Assembly: GCA_016779945.1 (NCBI GenBank)
Contig: JADHMR010000005.1
Span: 1 to 55,915 of the forward strand
Length of the DNA: 55,915 nt
Direction of reading: 5' to 3'
Source of the DNA: Bacteroidia bacterium
Lineage (GTDB): Bacteria > Bacteroidota > Bacteroidia > NS11-12g > UBA9320
Part shown: piece after piece, positions 8,476 through 18,617 of the stretch
Position numbering within the stretch: position 1 is the stretch's first letter
Layout of the letters: every line of letters begins with the position of its first letter
Made by a program: the position numbers and the translations under genes
Notes under the pieces: generated by a model
What the model was told of the DNA's origin: nothing
What the model saw: only the letters and a program-made list of their open reading frames with translations
Database searches by the model: none

Positions 8476-10341
8476 ATGAAATCAGCCTTTGCTGTATTGT
8501 TAATACTTTGCCTTTATAGCCATTTAATGGCTCAGGTGATCCATGCTGATTTTTCAGAGGTGGATGACTCTAGTATGGTGATTGGGTTAGATTCTGTCGA
8601 TATTTTTTCTAAGAGTATCTCGCCCAATGAAGAGCTCATTGCTCAAGTTTTCTTAAAAACAAATCCGTTTCAGACCTATGCAGAATTACTTCAAAAACAG
8701 AGTGGCGTATTTATAAGAAGCGATGGCTATGGTGTCTTAAGTACACCATCCTTTAAGGGCCTAGGGACAATGCAAATGCCAATTATAATTAATGGGGTCA
8801 ATATGCAGAGTAGCATGAATGGAACTATGGATTTAAGTTTGATTGATGCAATTCATTTTAAGAATGCACAATTTGGATCCTCCGATTTGCAAACACTTGG
8901 TTCACCATCTTTGGGAGCAGGTGTTGCTATGGATTCAGATTTATCTAACGAAGGGGTAGATATTAATCTGAGTTATAGTAATCTTAGAGAACTTGGCTTA
9001 GGTGCCAAGTATTCATTTGTAAAAAAACGATTTAAGTATGCGTTAAGTACTTCATTTGTGAATTCTCAAAATAGGATAAGCCTTAAGCCCTACGAATTGG
9101 ACAGTATACTTACTAATACAGATATTCAAAGATTCAGTCTTATTCAAAATATGGCCTTTGATTTGACCTCCAAAAGCAGTATCCAATCCATGTTGTATTT
9201 TTTAAATGCAGATCGTGGAATCCCACCATCGATTGGTGAAAACAATCAAAATCGCCAGCAAGACAATAACATTGTTCATCTTTTCACCTACAGAAATAAG
9301 CTGAATTCAAATACAAGTTTGAAGATTTCAAATCAACTATCTCATGAAAAAATACATTTTTTTTTAAGTAAAAATAATATCCAAACAAATAACCAGGTAA
9401 GTAACATTAATACAAACATTAGTTTGATGCAAAAAATCTCGCATAAAACGGAACTTTTGATAAATGTTCAAAATCAACGAGCATATTATAGCTCTGATGC
9501 GTTAATAAATAGAGTTACTTGGAACCGAATACTTGCTTCATACGAATTGACTAAAAAATTTGACAAAGGAAGTGTGAAATTTGTTCAAGGTATCGTAAAC
9601 TGGAACAATCAATGGGCTATGAATGCTGGTCTTAATGGCAAAATATTATTTAATAAATTCTATTCATTAAAGGGTGAATTGCAAAAAGTATATCGCTTAC
9701 CGGTGCTTAATGAATTGTACTGGTATCAACCAAGTGAGGCCGTTGGAAATTTAGCCTTAAAACCTGAAGAAGGTTATAAATTAGATTTTGGACTAGCTTA
9801 TTCAGATAAAAAAGCTAGTATTCAAATTAATCCGCATATTGGTTTTTTTAAAAATTGGATTCAATGGATTGGATTACCAAATTCACCTCAAAATATCAGT
9901 CAAGTCTTAGTAAGTGGGGCAGTATTAAATGCTTCATATTCATACCCAATTAATGGTTATAAATTCATAGTACGTTCAAATATGCACTACGTTAGATCAG
10001 TTTATCGGTTTGATGATAAGAATACCCTTAGACAAAATAAACAACTCATCTTCACTCCAAGGTTTACCAGCAATCTAACTTTTAGTGTGATAGAAGAAAA
10101 CTTCGGGTTATTTGGAAATATTCAGTTTGTAGGTAAGAATTACGTAGCAACAGATAACTATTCTTATATTGATGCTTATTACCTAGTTGACATAGGAGGA
10201 TACTATAATCATTCAAAAATCAGATTGGGTTGTTCAATAACCAATATTATGAATACGCCATATTTTACAAAACCAAGAACGCCACTACCTGGAACAACAA
10301 TCAAACTAACATTAAATTATCAAATTAAAACCCAGCCATGA
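8476..10341 (+). CDS. btuB: TonB-dependent cobalamin receptor (BtuB-like)
   Basis: Signal peptide from ATG 8476. Plug (LLQKQSGVFIRSDGYGVLSTPSFKG, NGTMDLSLI), YRLPVLNELYW, GNLALKPEEG. First gene under the B12 riboswitch. Confidence 0.8.
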   Translation: MKSAFAVLLILCLYSHLMAQVIHADFSEVDDSSMVIGLDSVDIFSKSISPNEELIAQVFLKTNPFQTYAELLQKQSGVFIRSDGYGVLSTPSFKGLGTMQMPIIINGVNMQSSMNGTMDLSLIDAIHFKNAQFGSSDLQTLGSPSLGAGVAMDSDLSNEGVDINLSYSNLRELGLGAKYSFVKKRFKYALSTSFVNSQNRISLKPYELDSILTNTDIQRFSLIQNMAFDLTSKSSIQSMLYFLNADRGIPPSIGENNQNRQQDNNIVHLFTYRNKLNSNTSLKISNQLSHEKIHFFLSKNNIQTNNQVSNINTNISLMQKISHKTELLINVQNQRAYYSSDALINRVTWNRILASYELTKKFDKGSVKFVQGIVNWNNQWAMNAGLNGKILFNKFYSLKGELQKVYRLPVLNELYWYQPSEAVGNLALKPEEGYKLDFGLAYSDKKASIQINPHIGFFKNWIQWIGLPNSPQNISQVLVSGAVLNASYSYPINGYKFIVRSNMHYVRSVYRFDDKNTLRQNKQLIFTPRFTSNLTFSVIEENFGLFGNIQFVGKNYVATDNYSYIDAYYLVDIGGYYNHSKIRLGCSITNIMNTPYFTKPRTPLPGTTIKLTLNYQIKTQP

Positions 10342-12005
10342 AAAGAAAAATTATTCAATTATTAAGTATATTACTTTTTTTAAATAGCTATGCCCAATAT
10401 GATCACACAAGGGTATATTCCACATTTGATAATATACCGTTATCCAAGTCTGACACCTTTAATAATGGTGCTGATTTAAGCGGTGGTTTTGCTCATTTCG
10501 GAAGAAATTGGACAAATTCGTACATGCCTGATTGGGGCAGCTGGTCAGGTTGGGCTCTAAGTAATATGACTGATACATTAACTCCGGGATACCAAAACCA
10601 GTATAGTGCTATTCCAGGTCATGGTGTAAGCCATACCAACAATTATATGGTTAGTTACGGAAATACCTTTATCAAATTAGATTCGTCTACTGATATTTCA
10701 GGGGCTTATTTTACCAACAGTACCTATGTATATTTAGATCTCATGAATGGGGGTGATTTTAGCAAAAAATTTGGTGGCGAAAATGGAGACGATCCTGATT
10801 ATTTTAGCGTTAAATTTTATTCTTACCTAATGGGAGAATTGGTAGACTCTACAACGTTATATCTGGCAGATTTTAGGTTTTCAGATAACTCTGAGGACTA
10901 CATTTTAAACGATTGGACTTATGTAGATTTTAACAATGATGTTGACGTAGATATTAGAATAGATAGTATAGCTATCAAATATGAGAGCTCAGATACTGGA
11001 TCATTTGGTATCAATACACCCACTTATTTGTGTATGGATGATTTTAATGCCATTAGTACCGCAGAGGTAATGCCAAAAATGATACGATTTGATGAGGATA
11101 CATTTTATAATGGAAGCGACGGTGCCGGTGGGTTTAATGTTAGTCATTTGTTTTTTCCTAATAACTACAACAACACTTGGGGTAGTTGGTCGGGTTGGAG
11201 TGTTAGCTCTATGTATGATGACGTTACTCCTGGATATACTAATCAGTATTCCTCTGTAAGAAGAATCATGTCAACCATACCAGAATCTGACTGGTATTTT
11301 GAGTCCGTTCATTTCGTAAACAATGGTCAGAAAAATACAGTTCGTTCACCTTATTTTAATGATGCTGATGAAGGGATATTTGGACTAGTAAGACTACCTG
11401 TTCCTGTTCAGTTTCACATCACTAATGCTACTTATGCTGCCTTAGACATGAGAGATGGGAGTGCTTTTAGTAAAAAATTTGGTGGGGATAGTGGTGACGA
11501 ACCCGATTTTTTTAGGTTGCTTGTCAAGAGTGTGTCTGCTTCAAATGATATTCTCAATATTGATACCATTTACTTGGCGGATTTTCGTTTTGATGACAAC
11601 ACTCAGGATTATATCTTGGATGAATGGGAAATGGCTGAAATAGTGCCTTGTGATCGGGTAGATTTTGAGTTGCAATCATCAGATGTTGGACAATATGGAA
11701 TGAATACACCTGCCTATTTCTGCTTGTCATTGGCTCAGAGTTTAACCAATTCTGTTACCAATAAAACACTTCCTCAATTAAATGTTTACCCAAATCCTAC
11801 CCAAAATATTTTGAACATTTTAACAGATAAATCCATTCAACGAATTGAATTAATCTCAGCAGATGGTAGAATTGTTGCAAACACAAAAGATAAAATTGTA
11901 TCAAATAAATATTCATTTGATGTTTCTAGTTTAGTAACTGGTGTTTATTTTGCTAAGATTTATACATCCAATGGAACATCTATTTCAAAATTCATAAAAC
12001 AATGA
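10338..12005 (+). CDS. Tandem DUF4465 (BtuJ-like) protein with T9SS type A C-terminal domain
   Basis: Two repeats, each with WGSWSGW, TPGY.NQYS, SKKFGG..GD.PD.F, YLADFRF and G.NTP.Y. C-terminal VYPNPT...GVYFAKI...KFIKQ. Confidence 0.8.
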   Translation: MKRKIIQLLSILLFLNSYAQYDHTRVYSTFDNIPLSKSDTFNNGADLSGGFAHFGRNWTNSYMPDWGSWSGWALSNMTDTLTPGYQNQYSAIPGHGVSHTNNYMVSYGNTFIKLDSSTDISGAYFTNSTYVYLDLMNGGDFSKKFGGENGDDPDYFSVKFYSYLMGELVDSTTLYLADFRFSDNSEDYILNDWTYVDFNNDVDVDIRIDSIAIKYESSDTGSFGINTPTYLCMDDFNAISTAEVMPKMIRFDEDTFYNGSDGAGGFNVSHLFFPNNYNNTWGSWSGWSVSSMYDDVTPGYTNQYSSVRRIMSTIPESDWYFESVHFVNNGQKNTVRSPYFNDADEGIFGLVRLPVPVQFHITNATYAALDMRDGSAFSKKFGGDSGDEPDFFRLLVKSVSASNDILNIDTIYLADFRFDDNTQDYILDEWEMAEIVPCDRVDFELQSSDVGQYGMNTPAYFCLSLAQSLTNSVTNKTLPQLNVYPNPTQNILNILTDKSIQRIELISADGRIVANTKDKIVSNKYSFDVSSLVTGVYFAKIYTSNGTSISKFIKQ

Positions 12006-12943
12006 GACTAGGAGCTTTAATAATCATATTTTTTCAAATACTATCGTATGCTCAGTTCGATGGGCCAGGTGGAGAGGAGGGGAGTAAATCAATTTCAAAA
12101 GATAACTCCTCAATTATTGGCTGGGCTACAGGAGCTCAATTGTTCAGGGGACCTATGCAAATTAATGATACTGCCTTGGGGTTAGCTTCAGTGGGAAACA
12201 AAACTAGTGCTCTTGGTCCGTGTGATGGTGATGTTGTTAGTCTTGGAGATGGAGGTTCAATCATTCTCTCTTTTAGTCAACCTATTTTGAATAGGAAGGG
12301 ATATGATTTTGCTACTTTTGAAAATGGGTTTCAAATAGGGTTTTCTTATTATTTAGAACTTGCTCATGTAGAAGTAAGTAAAGATGGGATAGCATATAAA
12401 CGTTTTCCAAATCAAAGTTTAACAGATACTGATTTTCAAACCAATAATTTTAGTTATACAGACCCCTATAATCTAGAAAACTTAGCGGGCAAACATCAAG
12501 CACCCTATGGAACATTATTTGATATTGACGAATTGGGTTTTGATACCATAAATTATATCAGATTGATTGATGTGGTTGGGAGTGTGAACGATAGTTTTGG
12601 AACAAAAGACAGTAAAGGTCGAATGATAAATGATCCTTTTCCTAGTCCTTTTGAAAGTTGTGGTTTCGATTTAGATGCCGTAGCAATTGTAAATGGTGAG
12701 TTGTTAAATATCGAAAAACAAGTACTGCAGGGAATAAACGTTTACCCAACACTAGTAGATCGAAATATACCAATTCGTATTGATGCTCCAGCTCTTTCTG
12801 ATATTTCAATAATAGATTTAACTGGTAGAAAAGTAAACTTTTTACGCAACCAAAATGAGATTTATATTTCCTCTATAGGTACGTATTTCGTAAATATTTC
12901 TTATCAAGGTAAATCATACACACAAAAGGTTTGCGTAAGATAG
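12002..12943 (+). CDS. Secreted cell-surface protein (BtuH-like domain) with degenerate T9SS CTD
   Basis: Sec signal. VVSLGDGGSIILSF..PI.N..GYDFATFENGF, ELAHVEVS.DG, YIRLIDV, GFDLDAV. C-terminal VYPT..IIDLTGR..GTYFVNI. Confidence 0.6.
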   Translation: MRLGALIIIFFQILSYAQFDGPGGEEGSKSISKDNSSIIGWATGAQLFRGPMQINDTALGLASVGNKTSALGPCDGDVVSLGDGGSIILSFSQPILNRKGYDFATFENGFQIGFSYYLELAHVEVSKDGIAYKRFPNQSLTDTDFQTNNFSYTDPYNLENLAGKHQAPYGTLFDIDELGFDTINYIRLIDVVGSVNDSFGTKDSKGRMINDPFPSPFESCGFDLDAVAIVNGELLNIEKQVLQGINVYPTLVDRNIPIRIDAPALSDISIIDLTGRKVNFLRNQNEIYISSIGTYFVNISYQGKSYTQKVCVR

Positions 12944-13926
12944 TTGTCATATTAGTTAGCTTAGTGCTGCTTTCAGGGTGTAAGGATCAAGAAAGTAAAC
13001 CTCAAATAACTTTTTTGGAGTCGGGTGTCATGATTGCAAACCAAGGAAACTTTGGTTGGGGAGAAGGAACTCTAACACTGTACAATCCCGATGACAATAC
13101 CGTTCAGAATGACGTTTTTCAGAATATTAATGATAAAAGTTTAGGCAATGTATTTCAATCAATTACTCGCATAAATGGACTTTATTATTTTGTAATAAAT
13201 AACTCGGGTAAGATTATAGTCACTGATTCTGCTTTTTTACAGATTGGACAAATAGATGGACTCATATCTCCGCGTTATCTGTATCCCATAACCGACACAA
13301 AAGCATACGTTACCGATTTATATGCTGATGCTATATCCGTGATTGATTTGAATTTAAATAAAGTAACGAAATCCATTCCAGTAAAAGGGTGGTCTGAAAA
13401 GGGTGTTGTAAAGGGTGATATTTTTTGGTTTACAGTTACGGGGTCGAATAAAATATATGGTGTAGATATAAATACAGACAATGTTATTGATAGTTTGGAT
13501 GTGGGCAATTCTCCAGAATCAATCGTTTTGGATAATAGTGATCGTATTTGGGTTATATGTAAAGGTGATAAAGACATGAAAGCCATGCTAGTCCGATTTG
13601 ATATTTCTGATGAGTCAGCAGAATTTCAAATTGAGCTAGAAAATACACCAACAGGTTTAGTTTTTGATCAGTTTAATAATGTACTTTACTTTCTGAATAA
13701 TGGTTTATGGTCAATGAAACCTAATGAAACATTACCAAATTTAATATACGATGGAGAAGGTAAAACCTTTTACGCTTTGGAGATTAATCCGAGTAATGGA
13801 GATTTATATGTTTCCGATATTGTAGATTTTGTGAGTAACAGTTCGATATTAAGATTTGATAAAAATGGTGATTTAATCAATCAATTTTATGCTGGAATTA
13901 TCGCTGGAGATTTCTTTTTTCAGTAG
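12931..13926 (+). CDS. YncE/DUF5074 beta-propeller lipoprotein (BtuG-like)
   Basis: TTG start, lipobox LSGC. NQGNFGWGEG, LGNVFQS, VINNSGKI, SPRY, KAYVTDLY. Last gene of the B12 operon. Confidence 0.8.
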   Translation: MRKIVVILVSLVLLSGCKDQESKPQITFLESGVMIANQGNFGWGEGTLTLYNPDDNTVQNDVFQNINDKSLGNVFQSITRINGLYYFVINNSGKIIVTDSAFLQIGQIDGLISPRYLYPITDTKAYVTDLYADAISVIDLNLNKVTKSIPVKGWSEKGVVKGDIFWFTVTGSNKIYGVDINTDNVIDSLDVGNSPESIVLDNSDRIWVICKGDKDMKAMLVRFDISDESAEFQIELENTPTGLVFDQFNNVLYFLNNGLWSMKPNETLPNLIYDGEGKTFYALEINPSNGDLYVSDIVDFVSNSSILRFDKNGDLINQFYAGIIAGDFFFQ

Positions 13927-13956
13927 GATATAAGTTAGACGATTATCTTCGCAACT

Positions 13957-15771
13957 CTGAATGGATTTAAGAACATATATGCATTAGCTAGACCTTATTC
14001 ATCACGTTTAGCACAATTTTTTGGTTTTAACTTGCTGACCTCGATGTTCAATGTCTTGAGTATTGCCATGATTATTCCTTTTCTAGAGTTGATTTTTTAT
14101 GGTGATAAATCACAATTGAATGCGGTAGAATTATCGTCAGACCCAAATTCTTGGATGGCATATTTCAATTATTTAATGGGTGCTAAAATCAATGAACTTG
14201 GTCAACAATCAGCTCTAATTTATTTTTCGATAGGAATCGTAATTGCATTCTTCTTAAAGAACCTTGCTCTTTATTTGTCATTTTATAATCTAGCTTATGT
14301 GAGAAGTGCTGTTGTAAGAGATATTCGTGAGCAGATTTACAATCATTTATTGCGACTACCCTTGAGTTATTTTAATAAAGAAAAAAGGGGAGACACCATG
14401 TCTAGATTCACCAACGATGTGAAAGAAGTGGAATGGAGTCTTTTGGGTGTAGTTGAACTATACTTCAAGCATCCACTGGCAATATTTATTCCACTTGTCG
14501 TACTATTTGTGATGAGTTATAAGCTAACTTTATTTGTAATTGTGGTCTTGCCTATGAGTGGTTTTTTAATCAGCAGAATCGGAAAGAAATTAAAAAATGC
14601 CGCACAAGCTGGTCAAGAGAAATTATCGGATGTTTTATCTCATCTCGAGGAAAGTTTACACGGTATTAAAATAATTAAAGCATTTAGTGCCTCTGGAGAT
14701 AAACAAGAAAAATTCAAGGATTTGAATGATGATCATTTCAGACAAATGGTTCGACTTAATCGAAAAGAATTTTTAGCTTCTCCGCTTAGTGAATTTATGG
14801 CGAGTATTGTATTAAGTAGTATTTTAATATATAGTGGTTCATTGATACTTTCTGACAATTCATCACTACCACCGTCTGTGCTAATAGGTTATATTGCTAT
14901 ATTTTCACAACTCATTCCACCTGCAAAAGGCATATCTGAAGCCTTTTTTAGATTAAAAAAAGGAGCAGCTTCGATGGGTAGAATCAATGAGATTTTGGCA
15001 AGTAATCAAGAGATTGATAATCATGGAACCAAAGATACCTCATTTAAGGATTGCATTAAATTAACGAATGTATCTTTTGGATATACAGATACCCTTGTTT
15101 TGAAGAATATTAATCTAGAGATAAAGAAAGGAGATACTGTAGCTTTGGTGGGTCCTTCGGGAGGAGGTAAATCTACATTAGTAGACTTGATACCCCGTTT
15201 TCATGAACTAAATGAGGGTGAGATAACAATCGACGGAAGGGATATATCAAAAATAGACTTGTCATCACTACGAAGCTTAATGGGTATCGTAACACAAGAT
15301 GCTATACTTTTTAACGATTCAGCAGCCAATAACATTAAAATGGGTGATCATTATTTGTCTGGTGATCAGTTATTAGATGCTGCTAAAATTGCCAATGCTC
15401 ATACGTTTATCAAAAACTTAGCTGAGGGATACAATACAAACTTGGGAGAGAAGGGAACCAACTTGAGTGGTGGTCAACGACAACGAATGAGTATTGCACG
15501 AGCCGTAGCCAAAGAGCCTCCATTGCTTATTTTAGATGAAGCCACAAGTGCTCTGGATACAGAAAGCGAGAAGATGGTTCAAGATGCATTAGAAAAGGTG
15601 ATGCAAAACCGGACCAGTATTGTTATAGCCCATCGACTAAGTACTATTCAAAAAGCGGATAAAATTGTGGTATTAGACAAAGGTGAAATTGCAGAACAAG
15701 GAACACACGAAGAACTAATTTCTCAAAATGGTATTTACAAAAAATTAGTGGATCTTCAAACCTTCGGTTAG
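13957..15771 (+). CDS. ABC exporter, fused TMD-NBD (MsbA-like)
   Basis: TM helices, GPSGGGKST, LSGGQRQR, ILDEATSALD, IAHRLST. The frame is open upstream of 14032 to CTG 13957, so the start is uncertain. Confidence 0.85.
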   Translation: MNGFKNIYALARPYSSRLAQFFGFNLLTSMFNVLSIAMIIPFLELIFYGDKSQLNAVELSSDPNSWMAYFNYLMGAKINELGQQSALIYFSIGIVIAFFLKNLALYLSFYNLAYVRSAVVRDIREQIYNHLLRLPLSYFNKEKRGDTMSRFTNDVKEVEWSLLGVVELYFKHPLAIFIPLVVLFVMSYKLTLFVIVVLPMSGFLISRIGKKLKNAAQAGQEKLSDVLSHLEESLHGIKIIKAFSASGDKQEKFKDLNDDHFRQMVRLNRKEFLASPLSEFMASIVLSSILIYSGSLILSDNSSLPPSVLIGYIAIFSQLIPPAKGISEAFFRLKKGAASMGRINEILASNQEIDNHGTKDTSFKDCIKLTNVSFGYTDTLVLKNINLEIKKGDTVALVGPSGGGKSTLVDLIPRFHELNEGEITIDGRDISKIDLSSLRSLMGIVTQDAILFNDSAANNIKMGDHYLSGDQLLDAAKIANAHTFIKNLAEGYNTNLGEKGTNLSGGQRQRMSIARAVAKEPPLLILDEATSALDTESEKMVQDALEKVMQNRTSIVIAHRLSTIQKADKIVVLDKGEIAEQGTHEELISQNGIYKKLVDLQTFG

Positions 15772-15857
15772 AATACAAATAAATTGAAAACTTATCTAAT
15801 TATCAGATTAAGATTAGTAGGTAAAAATATGTAATATTGCCTCAAAATTTATAATAA

Positions 15858-16925
15858 ATGAATCATACGATTAAACCTGGAGTAGCAACAGGAGATGAAG
15901 TTCAAGCCATTTTTGCTTATGCAAAAGAGAAAGGATTTGCTCTTCCTGCTGTAAATGTTACAAGTTCAAGTACAGTTAATTCAGTAATGGAAACTGCAGC
16001 AAAATTAAATTCCCCTGTAATTATTCAATTTAGTAATGGCGGAGCACAATTTTTTGCAGGAAAAGGACTAAGCAATGAGAACGAAAAAGCTGCAATTAAG
16101 GGTGGTATAGCAGGAGCAAAACACGTTCATGAACTTGCGGAAGCATATGGAGCTACCGTTATTCTTCATACTGATCATGCAGCAAAAAAATTATTGCCAT
16201 GGATTGATGGATTATTAGATGCAAGTGAAAAACATTTTGCCGAAACGGGTAAACCATTATACAGTTCTCACATGATTGATTTATCCGAGGAGCCTATTGA
16301 GGAAAATATTGAAATTTGTAAAACATACCTCGAACGAATGAGTAAGATGGGTATTACATTAGAAATTGAGTTGGGAATTACAGGTGGTGAGGAAGATGGA
16401 GTTGATAATACAGATGTGGATAGTAGTAAATTATATACACAGCCTAGTGAAGTAGCCTACGCATACGAGGAGCTTATGAAAGTAAGTCCAAGATTCACTG
16501 TAGCAGCAGCGTTTGGTAATGTTCACGGAGTATACAAACCGGGTAATGTGAAATTAACCCCAATCATACTCAAAAATTCGCAAGATTACATTCAGGAAAA
16601 TTATAGTACGGGTCACAATCCTATTGATTTTGTATTTCATGGAGGATCAGGTTCCACATTGGAAGAAATTCGTGAGGGAATTTCGTATGGAGTTATAAAA
16701 ATGAATATTGATACTGACTTACAATATGCATTTACAGAAGGAGTGAGGGATTATGTTCTTACCAAAAAAGATTACTTGTTATCTCAAATTGGTAACCCAG
16801 ATGGTGCAGACCAACCAAATAAAAAACACTATGATCCAAGAAAGTGGGTTAGAGAAGGAGAATTAACATTCATCAGCAGATTAGAAAAAGCCTTTGCCGA
16901 TTTGAATAATGTAAATTCATTATAG
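15858..16925 (+). CDS. fbaA: Fructose-bisphosphate aldolase class II
   Basis: ILHTDHA, SSHMIDLS, GNVHGVYKPG, FVFHGGSGS, KMNIDTD, YDPRKW. Confidence 0.95.
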   Translation: MNHTIKPGVATGDEVQAIFAYAKEKGFALPAVNVTSSSTVNSVMETAAKLNSPVIIQFSNGGAQFFAGKGLSNENEKAAIKGGIAGAKHVHELAEAYGATVILHTDHAAKKLLPWIDGLLDASEKHFAETGKPLYSSHMIDLSEEPIEENIEICKTYLERMSKMGITLEIELGITGGEEDGVDNTDVDSSKLYTQPSEVAYAYEELMKVSPRFTVAAAFGNVHGVYKPGNVKLTPIILKNSQDYIQENYSTGHNPIDFVFHGGSGSTLEEIREGISYGVIKMNIDTDLQYAFTEGVRDYVLTKKDYLLSQIGNPDGADQPNKKHYDPRKWVREGELTFISRLEKAFADLNNVNSL

Positions 16926-16942
16926 TTACTCAAATAAAATAT

Positions 16943-16977
16943 AAAAAATCCTCCACATTATGTGGGGGATTTTTTTT
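16943..16977. terminator. Bidirectional intrinsic terminator
   Basis: AAAAAATCCTCCACA-tta-TGTGGGGGATTTTTTTT between convergent fbaA and the CBS gene. Confidence 0.85.
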
Positions 16978-16980
16978 ATG

Positions 16981-18345
16981 TCAGCTAGAAAGTGCACCAA
17001 TCAAATCATATTTGGTTAGGATATGAATGGTACCACTTAATTCACGAACGAGTACCGCTGGATTTTCTTTATTGATAAGCTTAGAGACGACCTCAATATT
17101 CTCAGATGCATCAATTACTGGGAAAGCTTTTTGCATGACTTCAGCAATTTTATGAGATGATAACTTTGGATTTTTGAGTAGTTGTGATAGAAGTTGATTA
17201 TCATTAATTGAGCCCACAAAATCACCTTGACTATTTTTTACAGGAAGTTGTGATATTCCGTGTTTTTCCATTAACTGAAATGCAGCACTTACTTCATCTG
17301 TATCCGATACTGTAAGCATTGGTAGATGCTTGTGCGTAGATATCATATCTTCAGCAGTTTTAGGTTTTGCATCTAAAAATCCACGCTCTTTCATCCATTC
17401 ATCATTGAATGCCTTACCCATGTATCGAGTAGCGTGATCATGAAAGAGAACAACAACTACATCCGTAGGTTTGAGCATGTGTGCACATTGTAAGATACCC
17501 TTAACGGCACTCCCTGCACTGTTTCCGGCAAGTATTCCCTCTTCTCTTGCTATTTTCCTTTGCCAAAGCAAACCGTCCTTATCAGTGACTTTTTCAAAAT
17601 GATCAATAACGTCAAAGTTGACACATTTAGGTAGGATATCTTCTCCAATTCCTTCCGTTATGTATGGGTAAATTTCTTTTTCATCAAATTCACCAGTTTC
17701 GTGGTATTTTTTGAACACAGAACCATAGGTGTCTATACCCCAACATTGAACCTCAGGATTTTTTTCTTTTAAATATTTTCCCACACCGCTGATTGTGCCA
17801 CCAGTCCCAACTCCAACTACAAAATGGGTTATTTTTCCTTGGGTTTGTTCCCAAATTTCCGGACCAGTGGTTTCGTAATGGGCTTGAACATTACTCGGGT
17901 TGTCATACTGATTCACATACCAAGCATTAGGAATTTCATCTCCCAATCTTTTAGATACCGAATAATAAGACCTTGAATCTTTTGGGTCAACATCAGTAGG
18001 ACAGACAATCACTTCAGCTCCAACTGATTTAAGGGCATCTACTTTTTCCTTACTTTGTTTGTCAGTAGTTACAAATATGCATTTGTAACCTTTGACTACG
18101 GCAGCTATAGCAAGTCCCATTCCCGTATTTCCACTTGTGCCTTCTACAATTGTTCCACCAGGCTTAAGTCTGCCATCTGCTTCTGCATCTTCAACCATTT
18201 TTAAAGCCATTCTGTCTTTAACTGAGTTGCCTGGATTTGTAGATTCTACCTTGGCCAAAACAGTACATGGAAGATCAGCTACAATTTTATTTAATTTGAC
18301 AAGCGGTGTATTGCCTATCGTCTCCAAAATATCCTTGTAATACAT
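16981..18345 (-). CDS. Cystathionine beta-synthase (PLP domain plus C-terminal CBS domains)
   Basis: IGNTPLVKL, NPGNSVKDR, TSGNTG, GVGTGGT, EGIG. C-terminal CBS pair (GISQLPV). Confidence 0.88.
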   Translation of the reverse strand: MYYKDILETIGNTPLVKLNKIVADLPCTVLAKVESTNPGNSVKDRMALKMVEDAEADGRLKPGGTIVEGTSGNTGMGLAIAAVVKGYKCIFVTTDKQSKEKVDALKSVGAEVIVCPTDVDPKDSRSYYSVSKRLGDEIPNAWYVNQYDNPSNVQAHYETTGPEIWEQTQGKITHFVVGVGTGGTISGVGKYLKEKNPEVQCWGIDTYGSVFKKYHETGEFDEKEIYPYITEGIGEDILPKCVNFDVIDHFEKVTDKDGLLWQRKIAREEGILAGNSAGSAVKGILQCAHMLKPTDVVVVLFHDHATRYMGKAFNDEWMKERGFLDAKPKTAEDMISTHKHLPMLTVSDTDEVSAAFQLMEKHGISQLPVKNSQGDFVGSINDNQLLSQLLKNPKLSSHKIAEVMQKAFPVIDASENIEVVSKLINKENPAVLVRELSGTIHILTKYDLIGALSS

Positions 18346-18617
18346 TTCTTCAAATGTAATTAAGACAAATAGTATATACTTAATATAGCCATAGATTGTG
18401 GAGATTATTAATCAACTTTGATAAATCGTAATTTAAAGCAAATATTATTTCGTGATCAATCATTTGAAAAATACTATTAAAAATTTTAATTTTTGGGTGA
18501 CACTAAGTTAAAAGTCGTATTTGATATGAAGATTAATAATCGATAATTATCAGAGATTTATCCATTGATTATAGGATTTTATGCTAAAAATGTGAGATTT
18601 GCTTACTAATTTAAATC

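Noticed and set aside
18346-18617. Long AT-rich spacer with a GATAATTATC palindrome (Fur-like) or a possible sRNA
   Set aside because: It is explained as a divergent promoter region. There is no stable structure and the palindrome is too short in AT-rich DNA.
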